Assembly: GCA_027485165.1 (NCBI GenBank)
Contig: JAIXRN010000050.1
Span: forward strand, 3,266 to 67,265
Length of the DNA stretch: 64,000 nt
Direction of reading: 5' to 3'
Source: Rubrivivax sp.
GTDB lineage: Bacteria > Pseudomonadota > Gammaproteobacteria > Burkholderiales > Burkholderiaceae_C
Shown here: positions 9,515 through 19,714 of the stretch, in pieces
Layout: every line of letters starts with the position of its first letter
How positions within the stretch are numbered: position 1 is the first letter of the stretch
Notes under the pieces: generated by a model
What the model saw: only the letters and a program-made list of their open reading frames with translations
Told to the model about the DNA's origin: nothing
The model's database searches: none
Made by a program: the position numbers and the translations under genes

Positions 9515-10794
9515 TGCGGCCCGCCTTCGGGCGCATGCTGGTGCTGATCGCCGCAGCACTGGCCGTGCCCGCCACTGTGGCCCAGACCACCATCGTCTCG
9601 ACGCAGATGCGCCCAGTCGAAGAGGCCGAGCTGATGCGCAAGCAGGTGCTGCAGGCACTGCCCGGCGGCGCCGCCTTCCTGCCCGAGGACGGCAACACCC
9701 TGCTCACGCGCATGCGCGCCGAACTGGGCGCGGCGCGCGGGCAGATCGATGTCGTCATCGCGCTCGACGGTGAGCTCGCCCCCATCGACCAGGAAGGCGG
9801 CCTGCAGGACCTGACGGATCTGGTGCAGCGCCTGTCGGCGACGCGTGAATTCGACCCCGCCGCGCTGGCTCTGGGCCGCATGGGCGGCAGCCAGCAGCGC
9901 TTCGTGCCGTTGATGACCAACACCTTCCAGATGGTGGCCAACAAGAAGGCGCTGCCCTACCTGCCCCCTGGCGCCAACCTGCACGCGCTGACCTACCCGC
10001 AGCTGCTGGCCTGGGGCCGCGCGCTGCAGGCCGCCACGGGCGAACGCAAGCTGGGCTTTCCTGCCGGGCCCCGCGGGCTGTGGTGGCGCTTCTTCCAGGC
10101 CAGCTTCTACCCCAGCCACACCGGGGGTGTGGTGCGCAGCTTTCGCAGCCCCGAAGCCGTGGCCGCATGGTCGGAGCTGCGTGAACTGTGGCAGGTGGTC
10201 AACCCGCGTTCCACCAGCTTCGCCTTCATGGAAGAGCCCTTGAAGACGGGCGAAGTGTGGGTGGCCTTCGACCACACCGCGCGCATGCTGCCGGCGCTGA
10301 CCGCCCGGCCAGACGACTTCGTCGCCTTCCCCGCGCCTGCGGGGGCCAAGGGCCGTGGCTTCATGCCCGTGCTGGTGGGCCTGGCCATCCCGCGCAACGC
10401 GCCCGACCGGGCTGCGGCAGAACGCGTGGTGGACCTGCTCACCCAGCCCGCCACGCAGGCCCGGCTGCTGGCGCTGTTCGGCTTCTTTCCGGTGGTGAAG
10501 ACCGACCTGTCCAGCCTGCCGGCCGGCGTGCGTGTGGCCGCCGCCGGCATGGCCGCCACGCTGAACGCGCCCGACGGCATCGCGTCGCGCCTGCCGGTGC
10601 AGCTGGGGCGCAAGAACGGCGAGTTCAACAAGATCTACGTCGACGCCTTCACGCGCATCGTGCTGCGCAACGAAGACATCGCCCGCGTGCTGCGCGAGGA
10701 ATCGCGCTGGCTCGACGAACTGCTGCAGGAAGCCCGCGTGCCCTGCTGGGCGCCCGACGCGTCCAGCGGCAGCCAGCCCTGCCGCGTGCAGTAG
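9511..10794 (+). CDS. Carbohydrate ABC transporter substrate-binding protein
   Basis: Signal peptide, CUT1 SBP-like length and position before two MalF/MalG-type permeases. Confidence 0.85.
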   Translation: MMRPAFGRMLVLIAAALAVPATVAQTTIVSTQMRPVEEAELMRKQVLQALPGGAAFLPEDGNTLLTRMRAELGAARGQIDVVIALDGELAPIDQEGGLQDLTDLVQRLSATREFDPAALALGRMGGSQQRFVPLMTNTFQMVANKKALPYLPPGANLHALTYPQLLAWGRALQAATGERKLGFPAGPRGLWWRFFQASFYPSHTGGVVRSFRSPEAVAAWSELRELWQVVNPRSTSFAFMEEPLKTGEVWVAFDHTARMLPALTARPDDFVAFPAPAGAKGRGFMPVLVGLAIPRNAPDRAAAERVVDLLTQPATQARLLALFGFFPVVKTDLSSLPAGVRVAAAGMAATLNAPDGIASRLPVQLGRKNGEFNKIYVDAFTRIVLRNEDIARVLREESRWLDELLQEARVPCWAPDASSGSQPCRVQ

Positions 10795-10822
10795 CCACCA
10801 GCCTGCCCCGCTTTGCAACGCC

Positions 10823-11671
10823 ATGCACTCGCCGCGCCTGCCCTACCTGTTGATCGCGCCCAGCGTGGTCTTCCTGCTGGTGCTGTTCGTCTGGCCGCTG
10901 GCCGAGACCGCGCTGCTCGCCTTCCGCACCGACGGCGGCGAGTTCACCACCCGCTACCTGGAACGCATGGCCGGCGACCTGAACTTCGGCCTGTCGCTGC
11001 GCAACACGCTGATGCTGGTGGCCGTGGTGGTGCCACTGCAGGTGGCTCTGGCGCTGGGCATGGCGCTGATGCTGCAGAAGCTGCAGCGCGGGCGCATGGG
11101 CTTCCTCTACATCTGGACCATCCCGCTGGGCGTGAGCGACCTGGCCGCCGGCCTGGCCTGGCTGGCCATCTTCACCGACCGGGGCTACTTCAACAGCGTG
11201 CTGAACGGCCTGGGCCTGGCCAGCGGGCCGGTGAGCTGGCTCAGCTACCAGGAACCGCTGGCGCTGTTCGTGTGCGTGGTGATTGCCGAGATCTGGCGCG
11301 CCACAGCCATCGTGCTGGTCATCCTGATGGCCGGCGTGCAGGCCATCCCGAAGGAATACCACGAGGCCGCCGAAGTCTTCGGCGCCAGCCCCTGGGCCCG
11401 CTTCACGAAGGTGACGCTGCCGCTGCTGCGGCCCAGCCTGCAGTCGGCGCTGATCCTGCGCACGGTGCTGGCCTTCGAGGTCTTCGCTGTCGTCTATGCG
11501 CTCGCCGGGCGCGACTTCCCGGTGCTGGTGGGCGAGGCCTACAACTGGCAGGGCGCCTACCAGAACAGCCATGTCGCGGCGGCCTATGCGCTGCTGATCC
11601 TGGTGCTGTCGATCGCCGCCACCGTGGTCTTCCTGCGCGTGCTGCGGGTCAACCGGGAGGCGCTGGCATGA
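10823..11671 (+). CDS. Sugar ABC permease (MalF-like)
   Basis: Multiple TM helices; EAA loop (YHEAAEVFGAS...FTKVTLPLLRP). Confidence 0.92.
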   Translation: MHSPRLPYLLIAPSVVFLLVLFVWPLAETALLAFRTDGGEFTTRYLERMAGDLNFGLSLRNTLMLVAVVVPLQVALALGMALMLQKLQRGRMGFLYIWTIPLGVSDLAAGLAWLAIFTDRGYFNSVLNGLGLASGPVSWLSYQEPLALFVCVVIAEIWRATAIVLVILMAGVQAIPKEYHEAAEVFGASPWARFTKVTLPLLRPSLQSALILRTVLAFEVFAVVYALAGRDFPVLVGEAYNWQGAYQNSHVAAAYALLILVLSIAATVVFLRVLRVNREALA

Positions 11672-12468
11672 AGCTGCAGCGCTTCCTCTTCGCCATGGCC
11701 GTGCTCGTCTCGGTGTGCTGGCTGGTCCCGGTGCTGCTGATCGCGCTCAGCGCCCTGGGCACGCGCGATGCCGCCACCGCCTGGCCCAAGAGCCTGTGGC
11801 CGGGCAGCCTGTCGCTGGAGACGCTGGACTTCTTCCTGAACTTCACCGGTGTCTGGCAGGCGGTGTGGAACAGCGTTGTCGTGGCCCTGCTGACGATGCT
11901 GATGGCCGTGGGCCTAGGCGCCCCGGCCGGCTACGCGCTGGCGCGCTACGACTTCAAGGGTCAGGACCTGTACCGCGTGCTCATCGTGATGACGCGCGCC
12001 TTCCCGCTGGCCATCCTGGCGCTGCCGCTGGTCACGCGCTTCATCGCCGTGGGCCTGTACGACACCCACCTGGGCGTGGCCCTGGTGCACACGGCACTGG
12101 CGCTGCCCTTCGCCATTCTGGTGTCGTCTTCGCTGTTCATGGCCATCCCGCGCGAACTGGAAGAAGCCGCATGGACGCTGGGCTGCAACCGCTTCACCGG
12201 CTTCGTGCGCATCGTTGCGCCGCTGGCGCTGCCGGGGCTGGCCGCGGCCATGGTCTTCAGCTTCGTGGTGTCGTGGAACGAGGTGTTTGCGGCGAGCGTG
12301 CTGACGCTCAAGCAGCGCACGCTCACCGCCTACCTGTTCGCCAGCCTGGAGGAAAGCCCGCTGCACTTCCGCTTTGCCGGCGGCTTCTTCCTCATCCTGC
12401 CGTCGATGGTGTTCATCTTCGTCGTGCGCAAGTACCTGTTCTCGATGTGGGGCATCGCCAACCGATGA
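11668..12468 (+). CDS. Sugar ABC permease (MalG-like)
   Basis: EAA loop (ELEEAAWTLGC...IVAPLALPG); ATGA overlaps on both sides. Confidence 0.92.
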   Translation: MKLQRFLFAMAVLVSVCWLVPVLLIALSALGTRDAATAWPKSLWPGSLSLETLDFFLNFTGVWQAVWNSVVVALLTMLMAVGLGAPAGYALARYDFKGQDLYRVLIVMTRAFPLAILALPLVTRFIAVGLYDTHLGVALVHTALALPFAILVSSSLFMAIPRELEEAAWTLGCNRFTGFVRIVAPLALPGLAAAMVFSFVVSWNEVFAASVLTLKQRTLTAYLFASLEESPLHFRFAGGFFLILPSMVFIFVVRKYLFSMWGIANR

Positions 12469-13481
12469 GCTCGATCTCGCTGCGCGGCGTGCGCAAGACC
12501 TTCAAGGGCTTTGAGGCCCTGCAGGCCATCGACCTGGAAGTGCAGGACCGCGAGTTCTGCGTGCTGCTGGGCCCCTCAGGCTGCGGCAAGACGACGCTGA
12601 TGCGCATCATCGCCGGCCTGGAAACCGAGACCGCGGGCGAGGTCGCCATCGGCGGCCGTTCGATGAAGGGCCTGGCGCCGCGCGAGCGAAACATCGCGAT
12701 GGTGTTCCAGAACTACGCCGTGTTCCCGCACATGACCATCGGCGAGAACATCGGGTTCGGTCTGCGCATGCGCAAGGCGCCCGAGGCCAAGGTGCGTGAA
12801 CAGGTGCTGCGTGCGGCGTCGCTGATGCACATCGAACACCTGCTCGACCGCTACGCCGGTCAGCTCTCAGGCGGCCAGCGCCAGCGCGTGGCGGTGGCGC
12901 GTGCGCTGGCAGTAGAGCCCGACGTGCTGCTGATGGACGAGCCCCTGTCCAACCTGGACGCCTTGCTGCGCCTGGAAATGCGCGCCGAACTGAAGGGCCT
13001 GCTGCGCGAACTGCGTACCACCACCATTTACGTCACCCACGACCAGACCGAGGCCATGAGCATGGGCGACCGCATCGCCGTGATGCACGGCGGGCACATC
13101 GTGCAAGTCGATGTGCCGGCGGCGGTTTACAACCATCCGGCATCGCGTTTCGTGGGCGGTTTCATCGGCAACCCGCCGATGAACTTCATCGCCGACGCCG
13201 TCACGCAGTCGGCCCTGGGCTGCACACCGCGGCCAGGGCTGACGCTGGGCATCCGCCCTGAAGAACTGCTGCCCTGCGCGGCGGGCACCGGCCTGGCCGT
13301 GCAGGCCCGGGTGGTGGAGATGCTGGGCGCGTCGCAACAGATCACCACGCAGGTGCGCGGCGAACTGCTGCGCATCAGCCAGCCGGCTCAGCCCAGCGTG
13401 CAGCCGGGCCAGGCCCTGCACCTGCACGCCCAGCCCAGCGGTGTGCGCTGGTACGACCCTGAAGGACAACTCGTCGCATGA
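12465..13481 (+). CDS. Sugar ABC ATP-binding protein (MalK-like)
   Basis: Walker A GPSGCGKT, signature LSGGQ, Walker B LLMDEP, YVTHDQ, and TOBE-like tail (LGIRPE). Confidence 0.95.
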   Translation: MSSISLRGVRKTFKGFEALQAIDLEVQDREFCVLLGPSGCGKTTLMRIIAGLETETAGEVAIGGRSMKGLAPRERNIAMVFQNYAVFPHMTIGENIGFGLRMRKAPEAKVREQVLRAASLMHIEHLLDRYAGQLSGGQRQRVAVARALAVEPDVLLMDEPLSNLDALLRLEMRAELKGLLRELRTTTIYVTHDQTEAMSMGDRIAVMHGGHIVQVDVPAAVYNHPASRFVGGFIGNPPMNFIADAVTQSALGCTPRPGLTLGIRPEELLPCAAGTGLAVQARVVEMLGASQQITTQVRGELLRISQPAQPSVQPGQALHLHAQPSGVRWYDPEGQLVA

Positions 13482-14761
13482 ACCCCACCCTTGTCCAGCG
13501 CGCACAACAGGTGCTGCGCGCCAACGACCGCAGCGGCTACACCATCCCCACCGCCGGCTTGTACCCCTTCCAGTGGAACTGGGACGCCAGCGTCTGCGCG
13601 CTGGGCTGGATGCAGTTCGACGAGCCGCGCGCCTGGCTCGAGATCCAGACGCTGTTCTCGGGCCTGTGGACCGAAGGCGACTACGGCGGCGGCAGCGCAG
13701 GCCTCTTGGCGCACATCACCTTCCACCAGCCCGCCGACAGCTACTTCCCCGGGCCCGACGAATGGGGCACCCAGGCCCTGGCGTTGCGCACCAGCAGCAT
13801 CAGCCAGCCGCCGCTGCACGCCACCATGGTGCGCTGGATGCTGGAACGCGCGCAGGACCGCGCTGCTGCCGAAGCCGCCGTGCGCGGCCTGCTGCCCGGC
13901 CTGCTGGCCCACCACCGCTGGTGGTACCGCACCCGCGACCCCGAGGGCAGCGGGCTGGTACGCATCCTGCACCCCTGGGAAACGGGCATGGACAACTCGC
14001 CGGCCTGGGACGCGCCCCTGGCCCGCGTGCCCGCCACCCCGCGCGCCTACCGCCGCCGCGACCTGGACCATGTCGACGCGTCGATGCGCCCGCCACAGTC
14101 CTTCTACGACCGCGTGGTGTACCTGATGGACGCCAACCGCGACGCCGGCTTCGACCCGCAGCGCATGCTGGAAGCCGGCCGCTTCCAGGTCAACGACATC
14201 GGCATCGTCTGCATCCTGCAGCGCGCCAGCCGCGACCTGGCCGTGCTGGCCGCACGCTTTGGCGACGAGGCCGCAGCCAGCGAGATGCGCCTGCATGTCG
14301 ACCGCACGCAGCAGGCCGTGGCCGCGCTGTGGTCGGACCGATGGCAGCAGCCCGTGTCGCGCGACGCACTCACCGGGGAACTGCTGGACCAACCCACCAG
14401 CGCCGGCCTGCTGTCGGCCTATGCCGGCTTCGGCTTCGACATCGCCCCGGCGGTGCAGGCCGGGCTGGACGAGACCGCTTACGGCGTGGCGTCCACCCGG
14501 CGCACCGCGCCCACCTACGACGCACCGCGCTACTGGCGCGGGCCGGTGTGGCAGCACATCAACCTGCTCATCAGCCAGGGGCTGGCCGAGCAGGGGCAGG
14601 CCGCCCTGGCTGCGCGCATCCGCGACAGCAGCGTGCGCCTGTTCGAGCGTTCCGGCTTCCACGAGTACTACCACCCCGAAACCGGCAGCGGCCTGGGGGG
14701 CCGCGACTTCAGCTGGACCGCCGCCACCTACCTGCACTGGATCGCCGGCCAGCCGGCATGA
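13478..14761 (+). CDS. GH63/MGH1-like (alpha/alpha)6 glycoside hydrolase
   Basis: YPFQWNWD, HPWETGMDNSP, YWRGPVW, EYY and FSWTAA motifs, typical of the mannosyl-/glucosylglycerate hydrolase-like GH63 group. Confidence 0.8.
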   Translation: MNPTLVQRAQQVLRANDRSGYTIPTAGLYPFQWNWDASVCALGWMQFDEPRAWLEIQTLFSGLWTEGDYGGGSAGLLAHITFHQPADSYFPGPDEWGTQALALRTSSISQPPLHATMVRWMLERAQDRAAAEAAVRGLLPGLLAHHRWWYRTRDPEGSGLVRILHPWETGMDNSPAWDAPLARVPATPRAYRRRDLDHVDASMRPPQSFYDRVVYLMDANRDAGFDPQRMLEAGRFQVNDIGIVCILQRASRDLAVLAARFGDEAAASEMRLHVDRTQQAVAALWSDRWQQPVSRDALTGELLDQPTSAGLLSAYAGFGFDIAPAVQAGLDETAYGVASTRRTAPTYDAPRYWRGPVWQHINLLISQGLAEQGQAALAARIRDSSVRLFERSGFHEYYHPETGSGLGGRDFSWTAATYLHWIAGQPA

Positions 14762-14792
14762 GCTTTCACCACCACAACGGAGACAACCGACC

Positions 14793-17225
14793 ATGAACCC
14801 GCGCTTTCCTGCTCACGCCCTTTCCACCCTGAGTACTGCCGTGCTGGCAGCCCTGGCCACGCTGGCCACTGGCGCCCAGGCCCAGACGCCCAACGCCCCT
14901 GCCGCCGACCCGCCGGCAGCACAGACCGTGGTCGTGACCGGCACCAGCACACTGCGCGCCGGCTTCGCCACGCCCCTGTCCACCACCGCGCTGGGTGCCA
15001 CCGAACTGGCACGGCTGACGTCCAGCAGCCAGGCCGACATCCTGGCCACCGTGCCCGGCATCAAGGCCGAAGGCGGTGGCGGTGAAGTCGCAGCCAACGT
15101 GCAGGTGCGCGGCCTGCCGTCTTCGGGCCAGTACCAGTTCACGCCGCTGCTGTACGACGGCTTGCCGGCGCTCAGCACCTTCGGCCTGAACTCTTCCGCC
15201 TACGACGTGTACATCCGCAACGACCTGGGCGTGCGCAGGCTCGAATTCGTGGCCGGCGGCGTGTCGAACCTGTTCGGCCCGGGCTCGGTGGCGGGCGTGC
15301 TGAACTACATCAGCAAGACCGGCGGGGCCAAGCACCAGGGCGTGGTGCAGCTGGAAGTGGCCGACAAGGGCCGCGTGCGTGCCGACGCCTACCTGGGCGG
15401 GCCTATCAGCGACCGCACCTTCTACGCCGTGTCGGGCTGGGTGCGCAAGGACGACGGGCCGCTGAAGTCGGGCCTGGCCACCGAAGGCTTCCAGCTGCGC
15501 GCGAACCTGATGCACCGGCTGGACAAGGGCACCGTGAAGCTCTTTGCCCAGGCCATCGACGACAAGGTGCAGTACTACCTGCCGCTGCCGCTGGACGGCG
15601 GCTCGCTCGAACGCGTGGCCGGGGCCGACGGGCAGACCGTCTACACCGTCAACACCGCGCAGGCCGCGGGCCTGACCAGCGTGCTGCCGGGCGGCCGCAC
15701 CTACAGCTCGCCGATCGCCGACGGCGTTTCCACCCAGGGCGGTTCGCTGGGTTTCGTGCTCGACCTGGACCTCGCCGACGACCTGGCCCTGAACGCCAAG
15801 GCCAAGGTGGCCCGGTACCAGCACCAGTTCAACCTGTTCCTGGACGGCGACGGCATCATCAACGTGCCCGAGCTGCAGGCCCAGTACCTGACGAACCGCA
15901 GCATCACCGGCACCGGCAGCTTCACCTATGTCGACAACGGCCAGGCGCTGGCCGCGGGCACGCGTCTGTTTGCCAACCGCGTGCTGAACCGCGACCGGCC
16001 GGCCGACGACGCCAGCGCCGAGCTGAACCTCGTCAAGCGCATGCAGCTGGGCGGGGCCACGCACAACTTCACTGTGGGCACCTGGATGGCGCGTACCACG
16101 GCTGAAGACAACAGCATCACGCAGACCTACCTGGCCGAATTCGCCAACCAGCCGCGCCTGGTGAACCTGGTGGCCAATGGCGTGAACTACACGCGCAACG
16201 GCCTGGTCGACCCGTCGGTGGGCTACACCCAGAACAAGCACCGCGCCACGCGCACCGCCATCTACCTGGCCGACCAGATCGAGGCGCAGCGCTGGGCGTT
16301 CGACGCCGGCATCCGTTTCGAAAAGCTCAGCGGCGACATCCGCCGCGAAACCACCGCCACCGTGAACAACATCAGCCAGGGTGGTACGAACGAAGCGGCC
16401 GCACTGACCAGCGCCGTGGTCGGCACCGGCAACTTCCTGGCGGGCAAGGTCAGTACCAGCGAAACCGCGGCGTCGCTGGGTGCGCTGTACAAGCTGACCC
16501 CAGCCACCAACCTGTACGCCAACCTGTCGCACGGCTTCTTCTTCCCCGAGGTGCGTTCGGTGGGCTTCAACGCCCAGGGCAACCCGGCTTCCTACGAGGG
16601 CGAGGTGATCGACCAGATCGAAGCCGGCGTGAAGGTGGCGGCCGGGCCCTTCAGCGGCACCCTGGCTCTGTTCACGTCGAAGCTGAAGAACCGCCGCAGC
16701 GTGACGTTCCAGAACACGGGTGGTGGTGGCATCGCCGAAGTCGTCACGCTGCTGTCGACCGAAGCCAAGGGTGTGGAAGCCTCGATGAGCTACCGCCTGA
16801 TGCCGGCCCTGCTCGCCAGCGCCAACCTGACCTACACCGACCACGAGATCAGCGAAGGCGCGCTGAAGGGCCGCGAACTGGAACGCAAGCCCAAGACCTT
16901 TGCCAATGCCGCGCTGAACTACGACGACGGCCGCTTCGACGCTGGCCTGTCGTGGAACTACCAGAGCCGCGCCTTCACCAACAACGCCAACACCGCGGTG
17001 CTGCCGTCCTACAGCCTGTGGCGCCTGAGCGCGGGCTACAAGATGCCGATGGGCGGCGACACCGCACTGCGGCTGGGCCTGGGTGTGTTCAACCTCACCA
17101 ACAGCCAGGGCCTGGCCGAAGGCTCGCCGCGCGTGGGTGCGGCGCAGGTGGGCGGTGGCCAGTTCTTCGTCGGCCGTCCGATCCTGCCGCGCCGGGTGTC
17201 GCTGACGGCCACCTACAGCTTCTGA
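14793..17225 (+). CDS. TonB-dependent receptor (carbohydrate locus)
   Basis: Signal peptide, TonB-box-like VVVTGT, plug domain (VRGL...LYDGLP) and terminal aromatic residue (ATYSF). Confidence 0.9.
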   Translation: MNPRFPAHALSTLSTAVLAALATLATGAQAQTPNAPAADPPAAQTVVVTGTSTLRAGFATPLSTTALGATELARLTSSSQADILATVPGIKAEGGGGEVAANVQVRGLPSSGQYQFTPLLYDGLPALSTFGLNSSAYDVYIRNDLGVRRLEFVAGGVSNLFGPGSVAGVLNYISKTGGAKHQGVVQLEVADKGRVRADAYLGGPISDRTFYAVSGWVRKDDGPLKSGLATEGFQLRANLMHRLDKGTVKLFAQAIDDKVQYYLPLPLDGGSLERVAGADGQTVYTVNTAQAAGLTSVLPGGRTYSSPIADGVSTQGGSLGFVLDLDLADDLALNAKAKVARYQHQFNLFLDGDGIINVPELQAQYLTNRSITGTGSFTYVDNGQALAAGTRLFANRVLNRDRPADDASAELNLVKRMQLGGATHNFTVGTWMARTTAEDNSITQTYLAEFANQPRLVNLVANGVNYTRNGLVDPSVGYTQNKHRATRTAIYLADQIEAQRWAFDAGIRFEKLSGDIRRETTATVNNISQGGTNEAAALTSAVVGTGNFLAGKVSTSETAASLGALYKLTPATNLYANLSHGFFFPEVRSVGFNAQGNPASYEGEVIDQIEAGVKVAAGPFSGTLALFTSKLKNRRSVTFQNTGGGGIAEVVTLLSTEAKGVEASMSYRLMPALLASANLTYTDHEISEGALKGRELERKPKTFANAALNYDDGRFDAGLSWNYQSRAFTNNANTAVLPSYSLWRLSAGYKMPMGGDTALRLGLGVFNLTNSQGLAEGSPRVGAAQVGGGQFFVGRPILPRRVSLTATYSF

Positions 17226-17235
17226 AGGCTGGCCG

Positions 17236-18459
17236 ATGCGCCCTGAACCGCTGGACTTCGGCAGCCGCAGCTTCCTGCGCGAGCACGCGCTGTGGGTGAC
17301 GGGCTTCTACGGCGAACAGGCGGTCGACCCCAGCGGCGGCCTGTACCACTACTTCCTGGACGACGGCCGGGTGTATGACCGGGTGAACCGGCACCTGGTC
17401 AGCGCCACGCGCTGGGTGGTCACCAGCGCCATCGCCCATGAATTGAGCGGCCTGCCGGGCTTCAAGCAGCGCGCCGCACACGCGCTGGAATTCGTGGACA
17501 CAGCCTTCAAGGACCGCCAGGGCGGGGGCTACCACTGGACAGTGCGCTGGGAACAGGGCCGGTCCACGCCCGTGGACCGCAGCAAGCACATGTACGGGCT
17601 GGCCTTCGTGATGCTGGCCTCGGCGCGGGCTGCGCGCATCGGCGTGGCCGGCGCAGCAGAGCTTCTGGACAGCACCTTCGAGCTCGCTGAACGCCACTTC
17701 TTCGAGCCGGCCGCGCAGCTCTATGCCGACGAGGCCGGGCCCGACTGGACCCTGGCCCCGTACCGCGGCCAGAACGCCAACATGCACGCCTGCGAAGCCC
17801 TGATCGCAGCCTTCGAAGCCACCGGCCAGGCCCGCTACCTGAACCGTGCCGAAGCCCTGGCCGAAGGCATCACCGTGCGGCTGGCGGCGGCCCAGAACGG
17901 CGACATCTGGGAACACTACCGCAGCGACTGGACACCCGACTGGGACTACAACCGCCACGACCGCAGCAACATCTTCCGCCCCTGGGGCTACCAGCCCGGG
18001 CACTTCACCGAATGGGCCAAGCTGCTGTGCCAGCTGGACGCGCACCTGCCGAAGCCCTGGCACCTGGCACGCGCCCGGCAACTGTTCGACCGGGCCTGGC
18101 AGACCGCCTGGGACGGCGTACACGGCGGCATGCACTACGGCTTTGCGCCCGACGGCAGCATCTGCGACGCCGACAAGTACCACTGGGTGCAGGCCGAAAC
18201 CCTGGCCGCCGCCGGTGTGCTGGCCGTCGCCACGAACAACCAGGCCTACCGCAGTGCCTACCTGGCGCAATGGCGCTACTGCTGGGCCCACTTCGTCGAC
18301 CATGACCAGGGCGCCTGGTTTCGCATCCTCACGCGCGACAACTTCAACCTCACGCGCGAAAAGAGCCCGGCGGGCAAGGTCGACTATCACGACATCGGCG
18401 CCTGCTACGACCTGTGGCGGGTGCTGCCGGAAAACGGCTCGATCAACAGGGCGGGCTGA
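17236..18459 (+). CDS. AGE family epimerase/isomerase (mannose isomerase/YihS-like)
   Basis: RHLVSATR, RGQNANMHACEA, QPGHFTEW, DKYHWVQAE and KVDYHDIGA motifs. Confidence 0.85.
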   Translation: MRPEPLDFGSRSFLREHALWVTGFYGEQAVDPSGGLYHYFLDDGRVYDRVNRHLVSATRWVVTSAIAHELSGLPGFKQRAAHALEFVDTAFKDRQGGGYHWTVRWEQGRSTPVDRSKHMYGLAFVMLASARAARIGVAGAAELLDSTFELAERHFFEPAAQLYADEAGPDWTLAPYRGQNANMHACEALIAAFEATGQARYLNRAEALAEGITVRLAAAQNGDIWEHYRSDWTPDWDYNRHDRSNIFRPWGYQPGHFTEWAKLLCQLDAHLPKPWHLARARQLFDRAWQTAWDGVHGGMHYGFAPDGSICDADKYHWVQAETLAAAGVLAVATNNQAYRSAYLAQWRYCWAHFVDHDQGAWFRILTRDNFNLTREKSPAGKVDYHDIGACYDLWRVLPENGSINRAG

Positions 18460-18468
18460 GCCGCGCCA

Positions 18469-19701
18469 TCACTCCTGCCGCAGGCATTCGATCGGCAGCA
18501 GCCGCGACGCACGCCGAGCCGGGTACCAGCCGAAGAACAGGCCCACGCCGGTGGAAAACAGCACAGCCACCAGCACGTGGCTGGCCGACAGGTCCATGCG
18601 AAAACTGCCCGCCGCCCCCGCATGGTTGACGGCCCACACCCCCGCGGCGGCCAGCACCACGCCGACGGCGCCGCCCAGCACGCACATCACCACGGCTTCG
18701 GCCAGGAACTGCGTCAGCACATGCCGCGGCTTGGCGCCAATGGCCATGCGGATGCCGATCTCGCGCACGCGTTCGCTCACGCTCACCAGCATGATGTTCA
18801 TGATGCCGATGCCGCCCACGACGAGCGATACCGCGCCGATCACGCCCAGGCCGATCGACAAGCCGGTGGCGATGTTGGCCCCGGTCTGCGCGATGCTGGC
18901 CAGGTTGGTGATGTTGAAGTCGTCGGGCATGTCGCCGGTGATGCGGCGGCGGTCGCGCAGCAGTTCGGCAACATCGATTTCGGCTTCCTTCAGCCGCAGT
19001 TCGCTGACCGACTGCACATTGATGTAGTGCACCGAACGCGGCCGTGGCAGCGTGATGGGCAGCGCCGTCAGCGGCACCACCAGCAGTTCGCCCAGGTCGG
19101 TGCCGTCCAGCGTGCGCCCGCTGCCGGCCAGCACGCCGATGACGGTGAAGGGCCGCCCGCCCACGCGGATGACCTGGCCCAGCGGGTCGCGCCGCAGGTA
19201 GTGCGCTTCGGCGATCTTGCTGCCGATCAGGATCACGCGGTTGGCGCTGCGCACGTCTTCCTGGCTGAAGGGCACGCCCTGGTCGACGACCCAGTTGCGC
19301 ACACGGAACATTTCGGGCGTGACGCCCAGCACCAGGCTTTGGCTGCTGTCGTCGCCGTACAGCACCGGAAAGCTGCTCTGCAGCGTGGCCGCCGCTGCCG
19401 CCACGCTGGGCAGGGTGTTGATGGCCGCAGCATCGTCCAGCGTCAGCATCACCGCGTCGGGGTTGGTCGGCCGTCGCGGCGGGCCGTTGCCGCCCGTGGG
19501 CGCGCCGCGCTGCACGATGAGCTGGTTGCTGCCCAGCACCGACAGTTCGCGGTCGATGAAGCTGCGCACCGCGTCGCCCACGCCCAGCATCAACACCACG
19601 CTGGCGATGCCGATGACGATGCCCAGCATCGTCAGCGCTGTGCGCAGGCGGTTGGATGCCAGCGAACGGAAGGCTTCGAAAAGAGTTTGCAGGAAGCTCA
19701 T
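18469..19701 (-). CDS. MacB/FtsX-like ABC transporter permease
   Basis: LRTALTMLGIVIGIASV, GGIGIMNIMLVSVSERVREIGIRMAIGA and PARRAS..LP motifs. Confidence 0.93.
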   Translation of the reverse strand: MSFLQTLFEAFRSLASNRLRTALTMLGIVIGIASVVLMLGVGDAVRSFIDRELSVLGSNQLIVQRGAPTGGNGPPRRPTNPDAVMLTLDDAAAINTLPSVAAAAATLQSSFPVLYGDDSSQSLVLGVTPEMFRVRNWVVDQGVPFSQEDVRSANRVILIGSKIAEAHYLRRDPLGQVIRVGGRPFTVIGVLAGSGRTLDGTDLGELLVVPLTALPITLPRPRSVHYINVQSVSELRLKEAEIDVAELLRDRRRITGDMPDDFNITNLASIAQTGANIATGLSIGLGVIGAVSLVVGGIGIMNIMLVSVSERVREIGIRMAIGAKPRHVLTQFLAEAVVMCVLGGAVGVVLAAAGVWAVNHAGAAGSFRMDLSASHVLVAVLFSTGVGLFFGWYPARRASRLLPIECLRQE

Positions 19702-19714
19702 GGGTGGTCTGCTA

